DNA of 64,000 bases from Psilocybe cubensis (GCA_017499595.2 CM039004.1:1116001-1180000), one strand, 5' to 3'. Shown: positions 38,353-49,955, numbered from the stretch's first letter. Numbers and translations: made by a program. Notes: generated by a model not told the origin, from the letters alone.

Positions 38353-39621
38353 CTATTGAGGCATGGGCTTGGGAGCGGGGATTGGCTTTATATAACAATC
38401 CCAGAAAGAGATCTCCTTGATTTCGACTATTCGACGCTTGACGCTCACCAGAGCTTGTTCCAAGACGTAACAAGACTGTTCACCCGACATATCGAGGTCG
38501 ATTGAACATCTAGGGGAGAACTCGTCGTGCCGGTACCTATCTGGCTTGTAAGTGTAGTGCTCAATGTCGTTGAGCGATCTTATCTTTCTGGATGTATCGT
38601 ACATCCAATCAAGGGCGGCTACGACACAGGAGCGGTGCGTGTTGTCTAGCTCCATGCTGAGATACAGAGTCCCCAATTCCGCTTCTGCGTCTTTGAAGAG
38701 CAAGTTGCGACAATCCTCGTGGTATTTACTCTATCAGAAAGTCGTGTTTAGTAATTAGATGCGAGAAGCGGGTGTTGTATTGTGGCAGACGACTTACCCA
38801 ACGCGCGGCGTATTGAAGAGGAAGGCCTTGATTCAAGACCTCGCTGATGGGGGTGATGCAGAGGCAGAGGGCGCTTGCGTCAATCAGTTTTATAATCCCG
38901 TGTTTGAGTGCATGCGTCAGAATGGGTAACGCGTATTGAGGAAGCCATCGTCTTCTAAATAACTTATCAGTCACCGAGGGCGGGAAATGGGGACAGGAGA
39001 AAAACAGCGCAAAAACAATAAAAACACTACAACACTCACTCGAACTCCTGTTCACACGCATCGATGGCGCTGTAGATTTGATACTTCTCCGCGGTCTCAG
39101 CGACCTGTGCGAGGACGGCGAACTCGAGCGACTCGGTGAGCTTCGCGCGACGGTCGGGGTACACGAACTGGAAGAGGATCTCCAGCACGCATGCGGGTTC
39201 TTGCAGAGGGATTGCTGTGGACTCTTGCGCAGGTGGAGCGGAGGCGAACACAAACTCGGGACCGGGGAAGACGCCGGCGGTGACGTCGAGGTTCTTGCGG
39301 TGCAGGTTGAAGAGGACGCGGTCGGAGGAGATGAATGTCACTCTGTCGCCGCTCCCATTGGTGTTGTTGTGGTCGACTAGATGTGTGTGAATGTTTTGTT
39401 TTGAAGGTGGGTTCAGGGAATATGTGTGAGGGTTTAGTTTCAGTTTTTAAAGTTACATATTACACTTTAGTGGTTTTAGGGATCATGTTTGAGGGGGTGT
39501 GACTGAGACTCGGGTCTCATGAAACCAGAAGCGGGCCCATTGGGGGTGATAGGGGGGCGGAGAAATGATACTCACAATTGGCGTGCGTTGTTGGACGGCT
39601 TTCAGCTCCATCAGATGACAT
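38353..39621 (-). CDS. BTB/POZ-domain protein (array copy 1), 4 exons
   Basis: MSSDGAESRPTTHAN|FDH..VTFISSDRVLFNLHRKNLDVTAGVFPGPEF..LQEPACVLEILFQFVYP..VAETAEKYQIYSA, then ILTHALKH exon and a C-terminal exon. Confidence 0.85.
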
Positions 39622-40305
39622 TGTGCGTCTGTGTCTGCATGCGTTTGGGTTAGAAGGAGCGAGTGTCTTCCGTGGCCTGCCTAGGTAGGTATGGAGTTAA
39701 TTTTTTCAAAAAAAAAAAAAAAACAAAAAGATTGATCGTAGATACAGTTTTTGGTATGCTTATTTTGCTTCCGGATGGCTTCCGCCTTTAGAGACTTTAT
39801 GGGTGGCAGATGCAACACGTAACATCTGGCAAAGCGCAAAAATCGTGCTTTTTTTCTTCTTTGCCTTGCAATGTATGTTTGAGTGTTCGTCGGCATTTGT
39901 TTTTGATTCTCGGTTGCCGCTATCATAATGCTCGAATATCGCGTGTTGGCTGAAATAAGCGCCCGTGCCTGTTGATGGTTCTGGAAAAGTTTCTCGAGGT
40001 AACACCTGCAGATGTACACGGAGTTGCATGGCTTAATTTTTACTTAAAGCAAACGGCAGACTTAGTTTTTCTAAATCTTGCGAGTGGTTTACGCGGTGAT
40101 TGTAAAAAGACTTATTCTCTTGTATTTTGACTCCTATTTGCAGAGTATACACTTCTTGACAATATGATAGCTATTACGATTAGCCAGGCTGGTAAGATTT
40201 GTAACATCGATTATTGTCTCATGACTAGTTTATACAACATCAAGATGTCTATCTACCAATATTCGCAAGTACTGTTTAAATTATCACGGAGACATGTGTT
40301 GGTGG

Positions 40306-41391
40306 TTAGGTGTAAGATCCTAGGTTTAGATATGTTTTTGAAAATGAAATCCGCTGGACCTGGAATATTCCAAGTTCCATGTTCCTCGTGACTTCTCTGA
40401 GCAGCGGGCAAGTAGGAACACCAAATTCGTCTGGGCCACATGAACACGACGGAGAGATTTTTTTGTATTCGCGTATATTCTTCCTGTAAAACACACTGTA
40501 CGAGTCCTGGAGTTCAGATAACGTGGAATACTTCAACGTGGAATGTATCCAGTTAATTCCAGCTAAAGCGCATGAAGGCTGGTAGCCTCTATTTGTAGCG
40601 CGTAACAAGTTGTCTTCAGTGTCTTTGAACAGCACTTCTTGACAGTCCTCGTGATATTTGCTCTGAAAAAAAAGTGCATTGAGATCAATTGGCAGCAGGA
40701 GGAGCTTGAGATATGTCTCGGACTTGCCCATTTTGCGGCGAGATGGGAGGGAAAGCCTTCACCCAAAACCGTGCTAATCGGGGTGGTGCAGAGGCAACGT
40801 GCGCAGGCATCTATCAATTCTGTACTATAGTGTTTGAGTGCATGCGTCAAAATAGACATAGCAAATTCAGGGAGGAAACGCCTTTGCAAGATTTTGTGAT
40901 AAATCCCGGAGTGCGTAGATAGTATAACAGCCAACTCACTCGAAACGTGCCTCACAAGCATCTATAGCAGTAAATATTTGATATTTCTCAGCAGCCTCGG
41001 CCACTTCGGCGATGAAGTCGAACTCAAAAGACATCTGTAATTTCGGGTGTCGTTCGGGGTATACGAATTGAAACACGGCGGACAAGACGTCTCCCGATTC
41101 CTGTAGAGGGATGACCTCTCCACTGTCGTCGAATTCGGGTCCTGGGAAAATTCCTGCGGTAATCCTCAAGTTTGTGCGATGCAAATTGAAGAGAACGTTA
41201 TCGGATGAGCTGAAGGTGACGGTGTCGCAGTCATGATAGTCGACTAAGTGTTCAAAATGTTAATAAGTCTAAGTGAATTCAGTTTGCAGACATAAACCAA
41301 GACCCCTGTTGAAACGGGTCCGTTGAAATGTGAAAAAAGAATAGATAGACTTACAGTCAGAGTGCGTTTCTACGCAGTCTTCACTCGACAT
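40306..41391 (-). CDS. BTB/POZ-domain protein (array copy 2), 4 exons
   Basis: MSSEDCVETHSD|FDY..VTFSSSDNVLFNLHRTNLRITAGIFPGPEF..LQESGDVLSAVFQFVYPERHP..VAEAAEKYQIF. Closest to copy 1. Confidence 0.85.
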
Positions 41392-41829
41392 TGTGGTGGA
41401 AAGGATTTACACTATCCAATTATCTGAGTCGCCCGACCGTGACGTCTTTGAACTCTTTATCAGATATACAATATTGTTCCGGATCAGTTCGGCCCATTGA
41501 TCCGGATACTTTTAGGTAGATCAAAACAGGCGCCCAGGCACCACACCGCTGCCACACTGCGCTTAGCGTGATTTAGCGTTGAGAATGACTTCCAAATGCG
41601 TGCAAACGAGATTGAACTAAGCCGTAGATTCATTCAGTAGTGTATCTTAATAGACTTCATCCTAAAAGTTTTTGTTCCAATTTCATCTCTTGTTACTATA
41701 CAACCCAAGTTTGACTTGTCTTGGTACTGTAATCACCGAAGGTTAGTGCTAGTATATGGTGTTATATGAGATACGAGTGGGTTCATAAGAGTACATATGC
41801 AAAATTATGAAGCTTTCATAGAAAATTTA

Positions 41830-42910
41830 CTAGGCATCAATGAGACTACTTGGAATAAAAGAGTCAAAGGATCGAATTTCAAGTATGCGTGCCCGACATA
41901 TTTTGGCGAGGTTTATGATATGAGTGCATTTGAAATCGGGCCTGGCTTTGATAGTGTGCATCCTTTCTATGGCAGCACAGCATCCAGGCAGTCGGATATT
42001 TTTATCGCAAGCAGACTCAATCGTCTTATCAAGAACATCCACTGAATCGATTTCTTCCAGCTTCGCAATCCACGCATATAACAGCGACCTGCAAGTGGAG
42101 CATATTCTGGAGACCTCCAATCCAGTGGGTCCCTGGCTGCCAAAAATTCTGTTCTCGTGTTCATGGCAGTAAGTCTTGGAACAATGTTCTATTTGAGTGA
42201 TGTGCTTGACGGAGTCCTTGAAAACAGCTGTCCAAGCGTCGCGATACATCGACTATTAGTCATCGAGGTCAAATTAGCAAACCAAACATGACGACTGAGG
42301 TAAGAGACTGCTACCCATTGTACCATAAACGAATGGGGCAACTGTTTAAGTACTGAGGTAAACGAGGAGCGCGCAAGGCAATGCGCAGCTTCGTTCATAA
42401 GCCTGGGATGATCGTGTTTGACAGCAATGACAAAAATCTCGATTGGGTGAGATGGAAGAAATGCCCTAGCATCACATTTTTATATGTATCAAAGAGGCTA
42501 CATTCAAGGAAAACGCACCTGAGCCGTGTATTACAAGTGTTCACCGCAGAAAATATCTCGTATTTTCCAACGGCCTCTGCTACAGCTGCAAGCAGCTCAA
42601 AATCTTCTACATCCTCGAGATCTGGATGCCTCTTGGGATATATAAAGTCGAAGCAGATGCGAAGCACGTCGGCAGATTCTGTCAGCTTGACAGGTTCTCC
42701 AGCTACTTCAATTTCAGATCCTGGAAAAGAGCCAGTGTGCGCAGACAGCATCGCTCGGTGTAGCTCAAAGATGACACCATCTGCAGATTGAACCTTGATA
42801 TCCGGGTTCTCATTGTTAAATAGTGCTAGAAAAGTGTATCAATTCACCGCATATCACACCAACATTATAGTGTTAGACAGACCAGCATTATTTCCCAGAC
42901 TCGGCGTCAT
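41830..42910 (-). CDS. BTB/POZ-domain protein (array copy 3), 4 exons, Cys/His-rich C-terminus
   Basis: DIKVQSADGVIFELHRAMLSAHTGSFPG..LTESADVLRICFDFIYPKRHPDL..VAEAVGKYEIF; last exon CH..CSTC..CC..CTH. Confidence 0.85.
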
Positions 42911-43162
42911 TTTGCAAGGTAAGTCGCGAGGTGGTGAAAGAAACAACGTCCGATCAATCGAAGTATGCCATAGTGTTGATAACGACTCTATTCATAGTCC
43001 ATTGAAGCTCCGACAAATGGATAAGATGAACTTACACTTGAAGTCAGATAGACACTGGCGATAACAGTCTAAAATTAACAACGGAGTCTTCACAATACCA
43101 TGTGATACACGGTGAGTTTCTGCAACAGTAATACATATAAAGTGAGTGTACTATCTTCTATG

Positions 43163-44251
43163 TCAATTTTGGCCGATGAAAGCGTCGAAAGAAGGAATTG
43201 CTTGAATCAGGTCTTGACAGATTTTCGCCAGCTTGACTATGTGAGTGCACTTTGCGTGGTCCGGTTTACTAGGTGCAAAAGATATGAGCTGAGGGGATCC
43301 TAATTGCATTCCACGACTCCCATCGGAAACAGCACAGCATGGTAATCCAATATTCTTTTCTGACGCATTTCGAAGGGCGGTATTGAGAACAGTGACATTG
43401 TTGATCTCTTCCAAGTTTGAAACCCAGGTGAACAATGAGCACCGGCATGCATTGCAGATTTGGTCAGGCAACATAGAAAAGCTGGATGAAAAACTAGATG
43501 AAGTCGCCACATGACACTGGTTTGTTGACGAGGGAAGTATCTTTTTTATATGCTTTGTTGCTTCCCTGAACACCGCGAGCCAAGCGTCATGGTAGCGGGA
43601 CTAGACAAAGGTTTATCAAAATCTACACGATGTTCGTCGATAAAATAATAGCGCACCCAAGGTACCATGTATGCGGGAGGAATTTGCTTGAGCACCGGGA
43701 CAAACGGAGAGCGGGCGAGATAAGGAACAGCATCGTTCATGAGCTTTGGATGATCATGCTTGATAGCATAGACAAATATTTCGGTCGCGTATTGTGGAAT
43801 AAACGATCTTCACATTCATTCAAAGGTAGTGTAACGTTTTCTCGTCAATTTGCGAGCGTTCGGACGAGCGGTATGCGCACCTGAGTCGCGTGTTGCAAGT
43901 ATTTATAGCTGCAAAGATTTCATATTTCCCTACGGCTTCTGCGACGGATGCCAGGAGTTCAAAGCTGGTGATGTCTTCAAGGTCGGGATGTCTCTTTGGG
44001 TAAATAAAGTCGAAGCATATCTGCAGCACCTTGGCGGGCTCGCTCAACTCTACGACTTGTCCGTCGGTTTCAAGCTCGGGTCCGGGGAAAGCGCCTGTGT
44101 TCGCTCCAAGCAAGGTGCGATGTAGATCAAATTCGACTCCGTCCGAAGAGCGAACTTTGATGTCAGAATTACAAGCTTCAACTGGTCAACCGTCAAGGCA
44201 TTAGATGTGAGGACGTGTATAAACACAAAATTACCAACATAATGCGGACAT
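43163..44251 (-). CDS. BTB/POZ-domain protein (array copy 4), 4 exons, Cys/His-rich C-terminus
   Basis: 13-nt first coding exon (ATGTCCGCATTAT), then FEACNSDIKVRSSDGVEFDLHRTLLGANTGAFPG..ICFDFIYPKRHPDL..VAEAVGKYEIF; last exon CH..CNAC..CC..CTH. Confidence 0.85.
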
Positions 44252-44578
44252 ATCAAAGGGAGAGAGAGTTAATCTGTGGCCATAGGCATGTGCATGATGA
44301 TAGTCGTCTGACACGTCCGGCCAACTTTCAAACCCAGACGGCAATTCAGAAGAAATAGGGGCCGACGCGTTAGCAATTGCATGCAATTAACAGCGGCCAA
44401 TTGGCGGTTTGGATCTGTGGATGTCTCACTTGGTACAGAGATACCAAGAGGACAGAGTAAAATCATAGCTGTCATGTAGTGCCACTACTACATAATGTAG
44501 GTTCATCAATCACTAAAGCCTGGGTATACGAACATTCCGAAACAATTGCAACCTGCAAATCACCATCAACTGACACCC

Positions 44579-45693
44579 CTACTCTTCCTGCTTGACCCTT
44601 TTTGTTTTATCCAGATATTGTCCATTCACGAAATCGCTAAAGAGAGGGATTGCCTTTATTTGATACTGCATCGATCTGGCCAGATTAAGGAGATGATTGC
44701 ACTTGTATTGCGGTGATCCAGATGTCGGACGTCCAGAACCATATGTCATCATATTTGCTGCTGCCCAATCGGTAGCCGTGACGGGTCCAGAATCTTTGCA
44801 ACAGCTGGCATTGGATATGGCTGTCGGGAATTGATCCAGGACTTCGTTTAATGCAGATATCGTCTCGATCTCTTCCAATGTCGCGATCCAAAGAAACATG
44901 GAGTTCTGGCATGTGTTACATATTGTTCCTGGTGCTGAGTGGCAGGTCCTGTGTTCTTTTCTACCGTCTGCAAGCTGCAGAAGGGGCATATTTTTCGTAT
45001 ATCTTCGTGCTCCTCTGAAGAGACTTGCCCAGGATTCCTGGTACCGAAACTGTTAATGACGGCAAAGATTAGAATTCAATAGTGACGAAGGCTTCACTTT
45101 ACGTACCCATGGAAGGCTGTAGCATACTGGCAATTTCTGCATGGCTGAGACAGATGACGACCGTGCAATATGTGGTGTGGCTTCGTCTATGAGTTTTGGA
45201 TAGTTGTGTTTTACCGCATGAGCTAGGATTCTTTCAGCATATCGGGGCAAAAGTGCACTGTAAAAGAAGAGGGATCAAAAACCTTGACATTGAAAAGAGC
45301 ATACAGAAATAAATCGAACAAACGTACCTCAAGCGTGCGTTACACACAAACATCGCAGAAAATACCTCATACTTTTCAACAGCCTCTGCCACGTCGAACA
45401 ACAATTCGATATCCGTATCCACGAGATCCAAATGTCGTTTGGGATATACAAAATCGAATAAGATTTCAAGAACCTTTGCTGGCTCTTGTAGTTGTACCAC
45501 TTCTCCGCGAGTATCGATGCTTGGTCCAGGAAATGCTCCTGTGTGAGCTTCAAGCAGGGACCGATGCAAATGAAAATCGACGCCATCCGCCGACTTGAAC
45601 GTTACATCTGCATTATTACAATTGACTAAGACTGGGGTTAGCGCATCGTCCGCACTTGCTAGAGGAGAAAGATAACTAACATTTATCCGACAT
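44579..45693 (-). CDS. BTB/POZ-domain protein (array copy 5), 4 exons, Cys/His-rich C-terminus
   Basis: 13-nt first coding exon (ATGTCGGATAAAT), then FNCNNADVTFKSADGVDFHLHRSLLEAHTGAFPG..LQEPAKVLEILFDFVYPKRH..VAEAVEKYEVF; last exon CH..CNTC..CC..CNH. Confidence 0.85.
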
Positions 45694-46115
45694 CGAGGGG
45701 AGGGAATGAGAATGGAGTGCTCGTCGTCGAATCTCGATGCACAATGATGATAACAGAGAATAGAACGTCTTCTTACGGAGCTTCCTCAGATTTTCGGGGA
45801 TGCTATCGGTGTTGTGCACTGCGTTTGGTTTGTCTGAATTGGCCGAGTCAAGATCTCCCCAAGGGTTCGGTCATCGGTCTCGATAATCTCCAAAGACGCC
45901 CATGCCACCCGGGAAACCGCCACCGTATGCCGCAGTGAAAGTAAAATATTTCATGGTTCAGCGCTGCTGCTGACGATAAGGCCCCTAGCCAGCCTTCGAT
46001 GTTCAGATGGATGCCCCTGTTGAAAGTCGACGGACGAGGTACAGACGATGCGTCGGCAAATTTTATTAATATCAAATAATTCACACGGTCTGTTCGGCTA
46101 GTTCACGCGTTTTGC

Positions 46116-46980
46116 TAATCTCGGCTCCAGATGTTCGGGAGAGCTCCGGCGGAGATTGAAAGCGGAGTCAAAAATTCTGACGAAAACCGTTGCAAATCGC
46201 TCTCCATAACATCTGGTGCAATTGCATCAGTAAAGATGCGGACAGCCCCTGTTGTCACATCAGTCACATCTCGCCTCCCGTTTTCATCGCTCAATCAATG
46301 CTCCTCATACTCCCGTTCTCCTTGTTAATGGACAATTTACTCACCAATACTCCCTTTTAGAATTACTGGATGACAATAAATACAATATTATTTGGTTTTA
46401 GAGCAATCCCATTATACTAGCCTTACCCATTATACTAGCCTTATCTTGATATCTTGGTGCCTCCACCCCTAACTGACAATTATTCAAGGAGAGTGCATTG
46501 TGAACTCGCAGAGTGAATACCCGCCCTGGTAATGCTGTAACATCATACCTTTGCTTTCTGTCTCAATGCTACTGTCCCATTCTGCCCAAGTATGCTAGAT
46601 CTTCACACTTAACGCTTCAAGTTGCCTGTACACAGGCTAGAGCCATAGAAGTCTTCCAGCGGGAATTTTCTGACATTTTTGCCGGCAACAGGGCGCTTTT
46701 ACATACTTGAGATTATAAACATGGTAAAATGAAATCTTTAAACAAAGAAACCTGTTGTCTTTTGACCATAAAACTTGACTTAGATGGCGTCGAGTCGATG
46801 TGTGAGCACCCGCGTGACATGTCCGCATCTTTACTGATGCAATTGCACCAGACGTTATAGGGCACATCTCTACGATCAAATTTTGCAGAATTTTTGACTC
46901 CGACTTTGATCTCCGCTTATTAGTCCCGGGTCTCTCGCAGGAGTGGAGATCGTGCCCTATAACGGATGGGAACGAGACTA
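46116..46980. mobile_element. Non-autonomous TIR element (MITE-like, 865 bp) with up to 9-bp TSD; possibly Mutator-like
   Basis: GCGTTTTGC at 46107-46115 and 46981-46989 flanks termini TAATCTCG../..CGAGACTA. Imperfect subterminal inverted repeats of about 100 bp include cggagtcaaaaattctg and tctggtgcaattgcatcagtaaagatgcggaca (about 46150-46245 vs 46820-46917). No coding capacity seen. Confidence 0.8.
46408..46443. repeat. Perfect 18-bp tandem duplication
   Basis: cccattatactagcctta x2 inside the TIR element. Confidence 0.9.
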
Positions 46981-47081
46981 GCGTTTTGCCCGATTTGATA
47001 CACTTATTATTATTGCACCCCATCGAAGTACAGAGCATTTATATTACTTCAGTATTGTCTGATGTCACCTCATGAGTGAGG

Positions 47082-48055
47082 TCAGCGAGCCTTCGACAAA
47101 AAATGAGTAAAGATAGGAATCGAAGCAATGCCTTGTTGACATGATTCGACTATTTCTGGCAGATATTTGCATGTGCCTTTGCAAATCGTACAAATTCGAT
47201 GTTCAGGGTAGGGAGTAACATTACTCTTGAGCGCAGCTTCGAGGCCAGCCGTTGTTTCCAGCCTCTCAAGTTCTGATATCCGTGCCAGCAAGTAGGTTCG
47301 GCAGTTGATACAAAGGTTGGAATGTTCGCAGGCTGTCGTCGTCAATAGCTTTGAGTTGACTTCCTGCGTCGCCTTTTGGAACACTGCTTTCCATTCCTCT
47401 TGGAAGCGTACCTAAAGGGCTATTAAAATCTACGTTCTTCTAAGAAAGGCCATAGCTTCTTACCCATGGAAGAACACAGTGTTGAGGTAGTTTTTCGAGC
47501 AGGGGCATTAAGGGTGCGCGAGCCAGATGAGGTACAGCAGTGTTGATGATATCAGGGTAATCGTGTTTGATTGCATGGCCAAGGATCTCCGCTGCGTGTT
47601 CGGGAGTTTGTAGGTATTTACTACGAAGAGTCAGAATTTTGCGTTCGAGTTCGCATCAACGATTGAACTCACATCAAACGCGTCTCGCAAGTATTCATCG
47701 CCGAAAAGACTTGATATTTTTCAACCGCCTCAGAGACTGCCAAAACAGTATCAAAGCTTTCATCATTCAGCTTAGGGTGTTTCCTTGGGTAGAGGAACTG
47801 AAAAACAATAGCAAGAACGCTGGCAGGCTCCTGCAAATGGATTGGCTCTTCTTTGGAGTCCACTATTTCCGCTCCAGGGAACACACCAGTGTTGACATCC
47901 AGATATTTCCGATGCAGTTTGAACGCGACGTTATCACCCGAGATGATCGTGATATCAGAATCTGTGGCATCGACTGCGGTAGTTCGAGTTTGTCTTTTCA
48001 TGAAGAAACGTATTCGCATTCACTTACATAGCTCATGAACACTGGAATGGGGCAT
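47082..48055 (-). CDS. BTB/POZ-domain protein (array copy 6), 4 exons, Cys/His-rich C-terminus
   Basis: MPHSSVHEL|FDATDSDITIISGDNVAFKLHRKYLDVNTGVFPG..LQEPASVLAIVFQFLYPRKHP..VSEAVEKYQVF; last exon CEH..CINC..HRICTICKGTC. Confidence 0.85.
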
Positions 48056-48127
48056 CCCTGAAAGAAGTTGTTGTTAAGTTAGGTTAAGGTGAATTGGTTG
48101 GGTGTGTTAGGTCGGATTTTACTGTTG

Positions 48128-48504
48128 ACACGGCGGGCAAAAGTGCTGACTAGTCAGCCCAGGTGTTGGTCTGACCAGTTACGTGACGGGTTCGTGACGA
48201 GTTCCGTGACGAATCAACTGACCAATCCATTGACTAGTCAGAAGAGGTCACAAAGACGTTGTCACGCTGGACGATTTATTTCGCGCAGGTTACCATTCAA
48301 TCTTATTTCAATAAACTCATTTACCAATACTAACCAGAACCCATTTACCAATAAGTACTAACCAGTGTGACAACGTCTGTGTGACATATTCTGACTGGTC
48401 AATGGACTGGTCAGTTGATTCGTCACGGAACCCGTCACAAACCCGTCATGTAACTGGTCAGACCAACTCCAGGGCTGACTAGTCAGCACTTTTGCCCGCC
48501 GTGT
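48128..48504. mobile_element. Fold-back MITE-like element (377 bp) with ~140-bp inverted arms
   Basis: Begins acacggcgggcaaaagtgctgactagtcagccc and ends gggctgactagtcagcacttttgcccgccgtgt (33-bp perfect terminal match). The arms continue imperfectly to about 48270/48362 around an AT-rich spacer. No clean TSD (flanks GA/TA if the termini are CAC..GTG). Confidence 0.85.
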
Positions 48505-48662
48505 ACAAGCATACACGCAGCCAGCTGTACTAATACGCAGTTTGCAACATACAATCCAGAGTAGTAGGTCCCCCTGTTGATAGATCCCTGAAAGCACCAA
48601 AGCATATGTCACTTGAACTCAACGAGCAATATATACACCATCCTAATCCTTCTAGTCTTTTG

Positions 48663-49955
48663 TCAATCGCCTCTTCCTCTACCGCGACCTCTTAGCATAG
48701 GTCGTCCGCGTCCGCGCCCTCTCGAGACCCATTCAGGCTGCGGCCCATCTACTGTGTTACCCGTTGCAGACGGACCAAATCCTCCACCTGCTCTCCCAGT
48801 TGGTCCAACGTTGGCATTTGCAGCTTGGCTTCCTCCGTGCCCACCACGGCCTCTACCACGACCACGAAACCCGCGTGGATTGGGGATAATTGCCCCGCTT
48901 TTTCCGCCTCTACCAAACCTGATCGAATCAGGTACGAGGGAAAGTGAGTTCATAGAATCAGTCAATCCAGCGACGGTGGCGGTGGCATCGTTGTTAGCAG
49001 CATGCTGTCGATTGCGTTGTCGTGATTGTCGTCGATCGCTACCCTTTGAGGATGCTATCGAGGATTGTGGAGAATGTATTCCTGTTGTCCGAGGTAGCAT
49101 ACGAGGGGTAGCTTCAAGATCAGCGGGTTCCTCTTCTTCATCTTCAGTTCTGTCGTCGTCTTTTTGGTACAACACTTTGTCCTCGTCGTCTTGGGAAAGT
49201 TGCTCCTCGTCGCTATCATCTTCATCCATTTGATCAGAGTCTCCCTTTCCCTCCCGCGGTTTCCACTCCTTGCGAATCATTGTTGCGCCCTCTCCCCATT
49301 TCTTCAATAGTCCTCCAATTCCTTTGTTGGTGACAGCAAAAAAGTATTCCTTTAGATATCCGTGAGATTGAATAAGATGCAATCGGCGTGCTTTCGGGGT
49401 GAGAAAGTTACGACCGCAGGCTGGAGCAGGTATATGACATTGAAACTAGAAGATGTAAAAGAAAACCAGGATAGAAGAAACTAGATCAACTCACTATTTT
49501 TTCTCCTCGCTCTCTCCGTAATGCAGCGATGGGATCATGGCATTCGTTTTGATGCTACGTCATTATCGATCTAAATGAGCTTGCTTGGGCCTGCAGAGAA
49601 GAAAAGGCGTAGCGCTCACGAGCTCCATAAGCCTAGCATCCGGGAAAACACACCCGCAGTTATCCAGTTCACATACATGGGCGTGATAGGTGCCATAGTG
49701 TCTCTCAAGATCCTGCGTGTTGGCTATCGGTGTTGGCTTGTGGTGGCAAGTGGGTGGCAAACTGCAGTAGAGTGGATGCCCAGTAACGAGAGCCGAGCCC
49801 TCTGTTGCCATCGTTGACGCCTCAAAGCTCGACAAAGGAGGATTTTTGGAAGAGATGGCGATTCGAGACGATTTGTGAGGAGGATCGCCGCCATCTGGAA
49901 AAGTGGCAAACGAAGACGAGGACGCACGAGGACGTTTGTGTGTTGAAGTATCCAT
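48663..49955 (-). CDS. C2H2 zinc-finger protein, ZNF511-like, with acidic and RGG-rich C-terminus, 3 exons
   Basis: CSLPPTC..LERHYGTYHAHVCELDNCGCVFPDARLMELHQNECHDP..FQCHIPAPACGRNFLTPKARRLHLIQSHGY; C-terminal LVPDSIRFGRG and RGRGRG repeats. Confidence 0.8.

Noticed and set aside
39681-40130. ORFs and a poly-A run between BTB copies 1 and 2, possible TE remnant
   Set aside because: No TIR, TSD or recognisable coding motif found.
44269-44271. Apparent premature TAA near the start of BTB copy 4
   Set aside because: The likely start is ATG 44251 downstream of it, giving a 13-nt first exon like copy 5.
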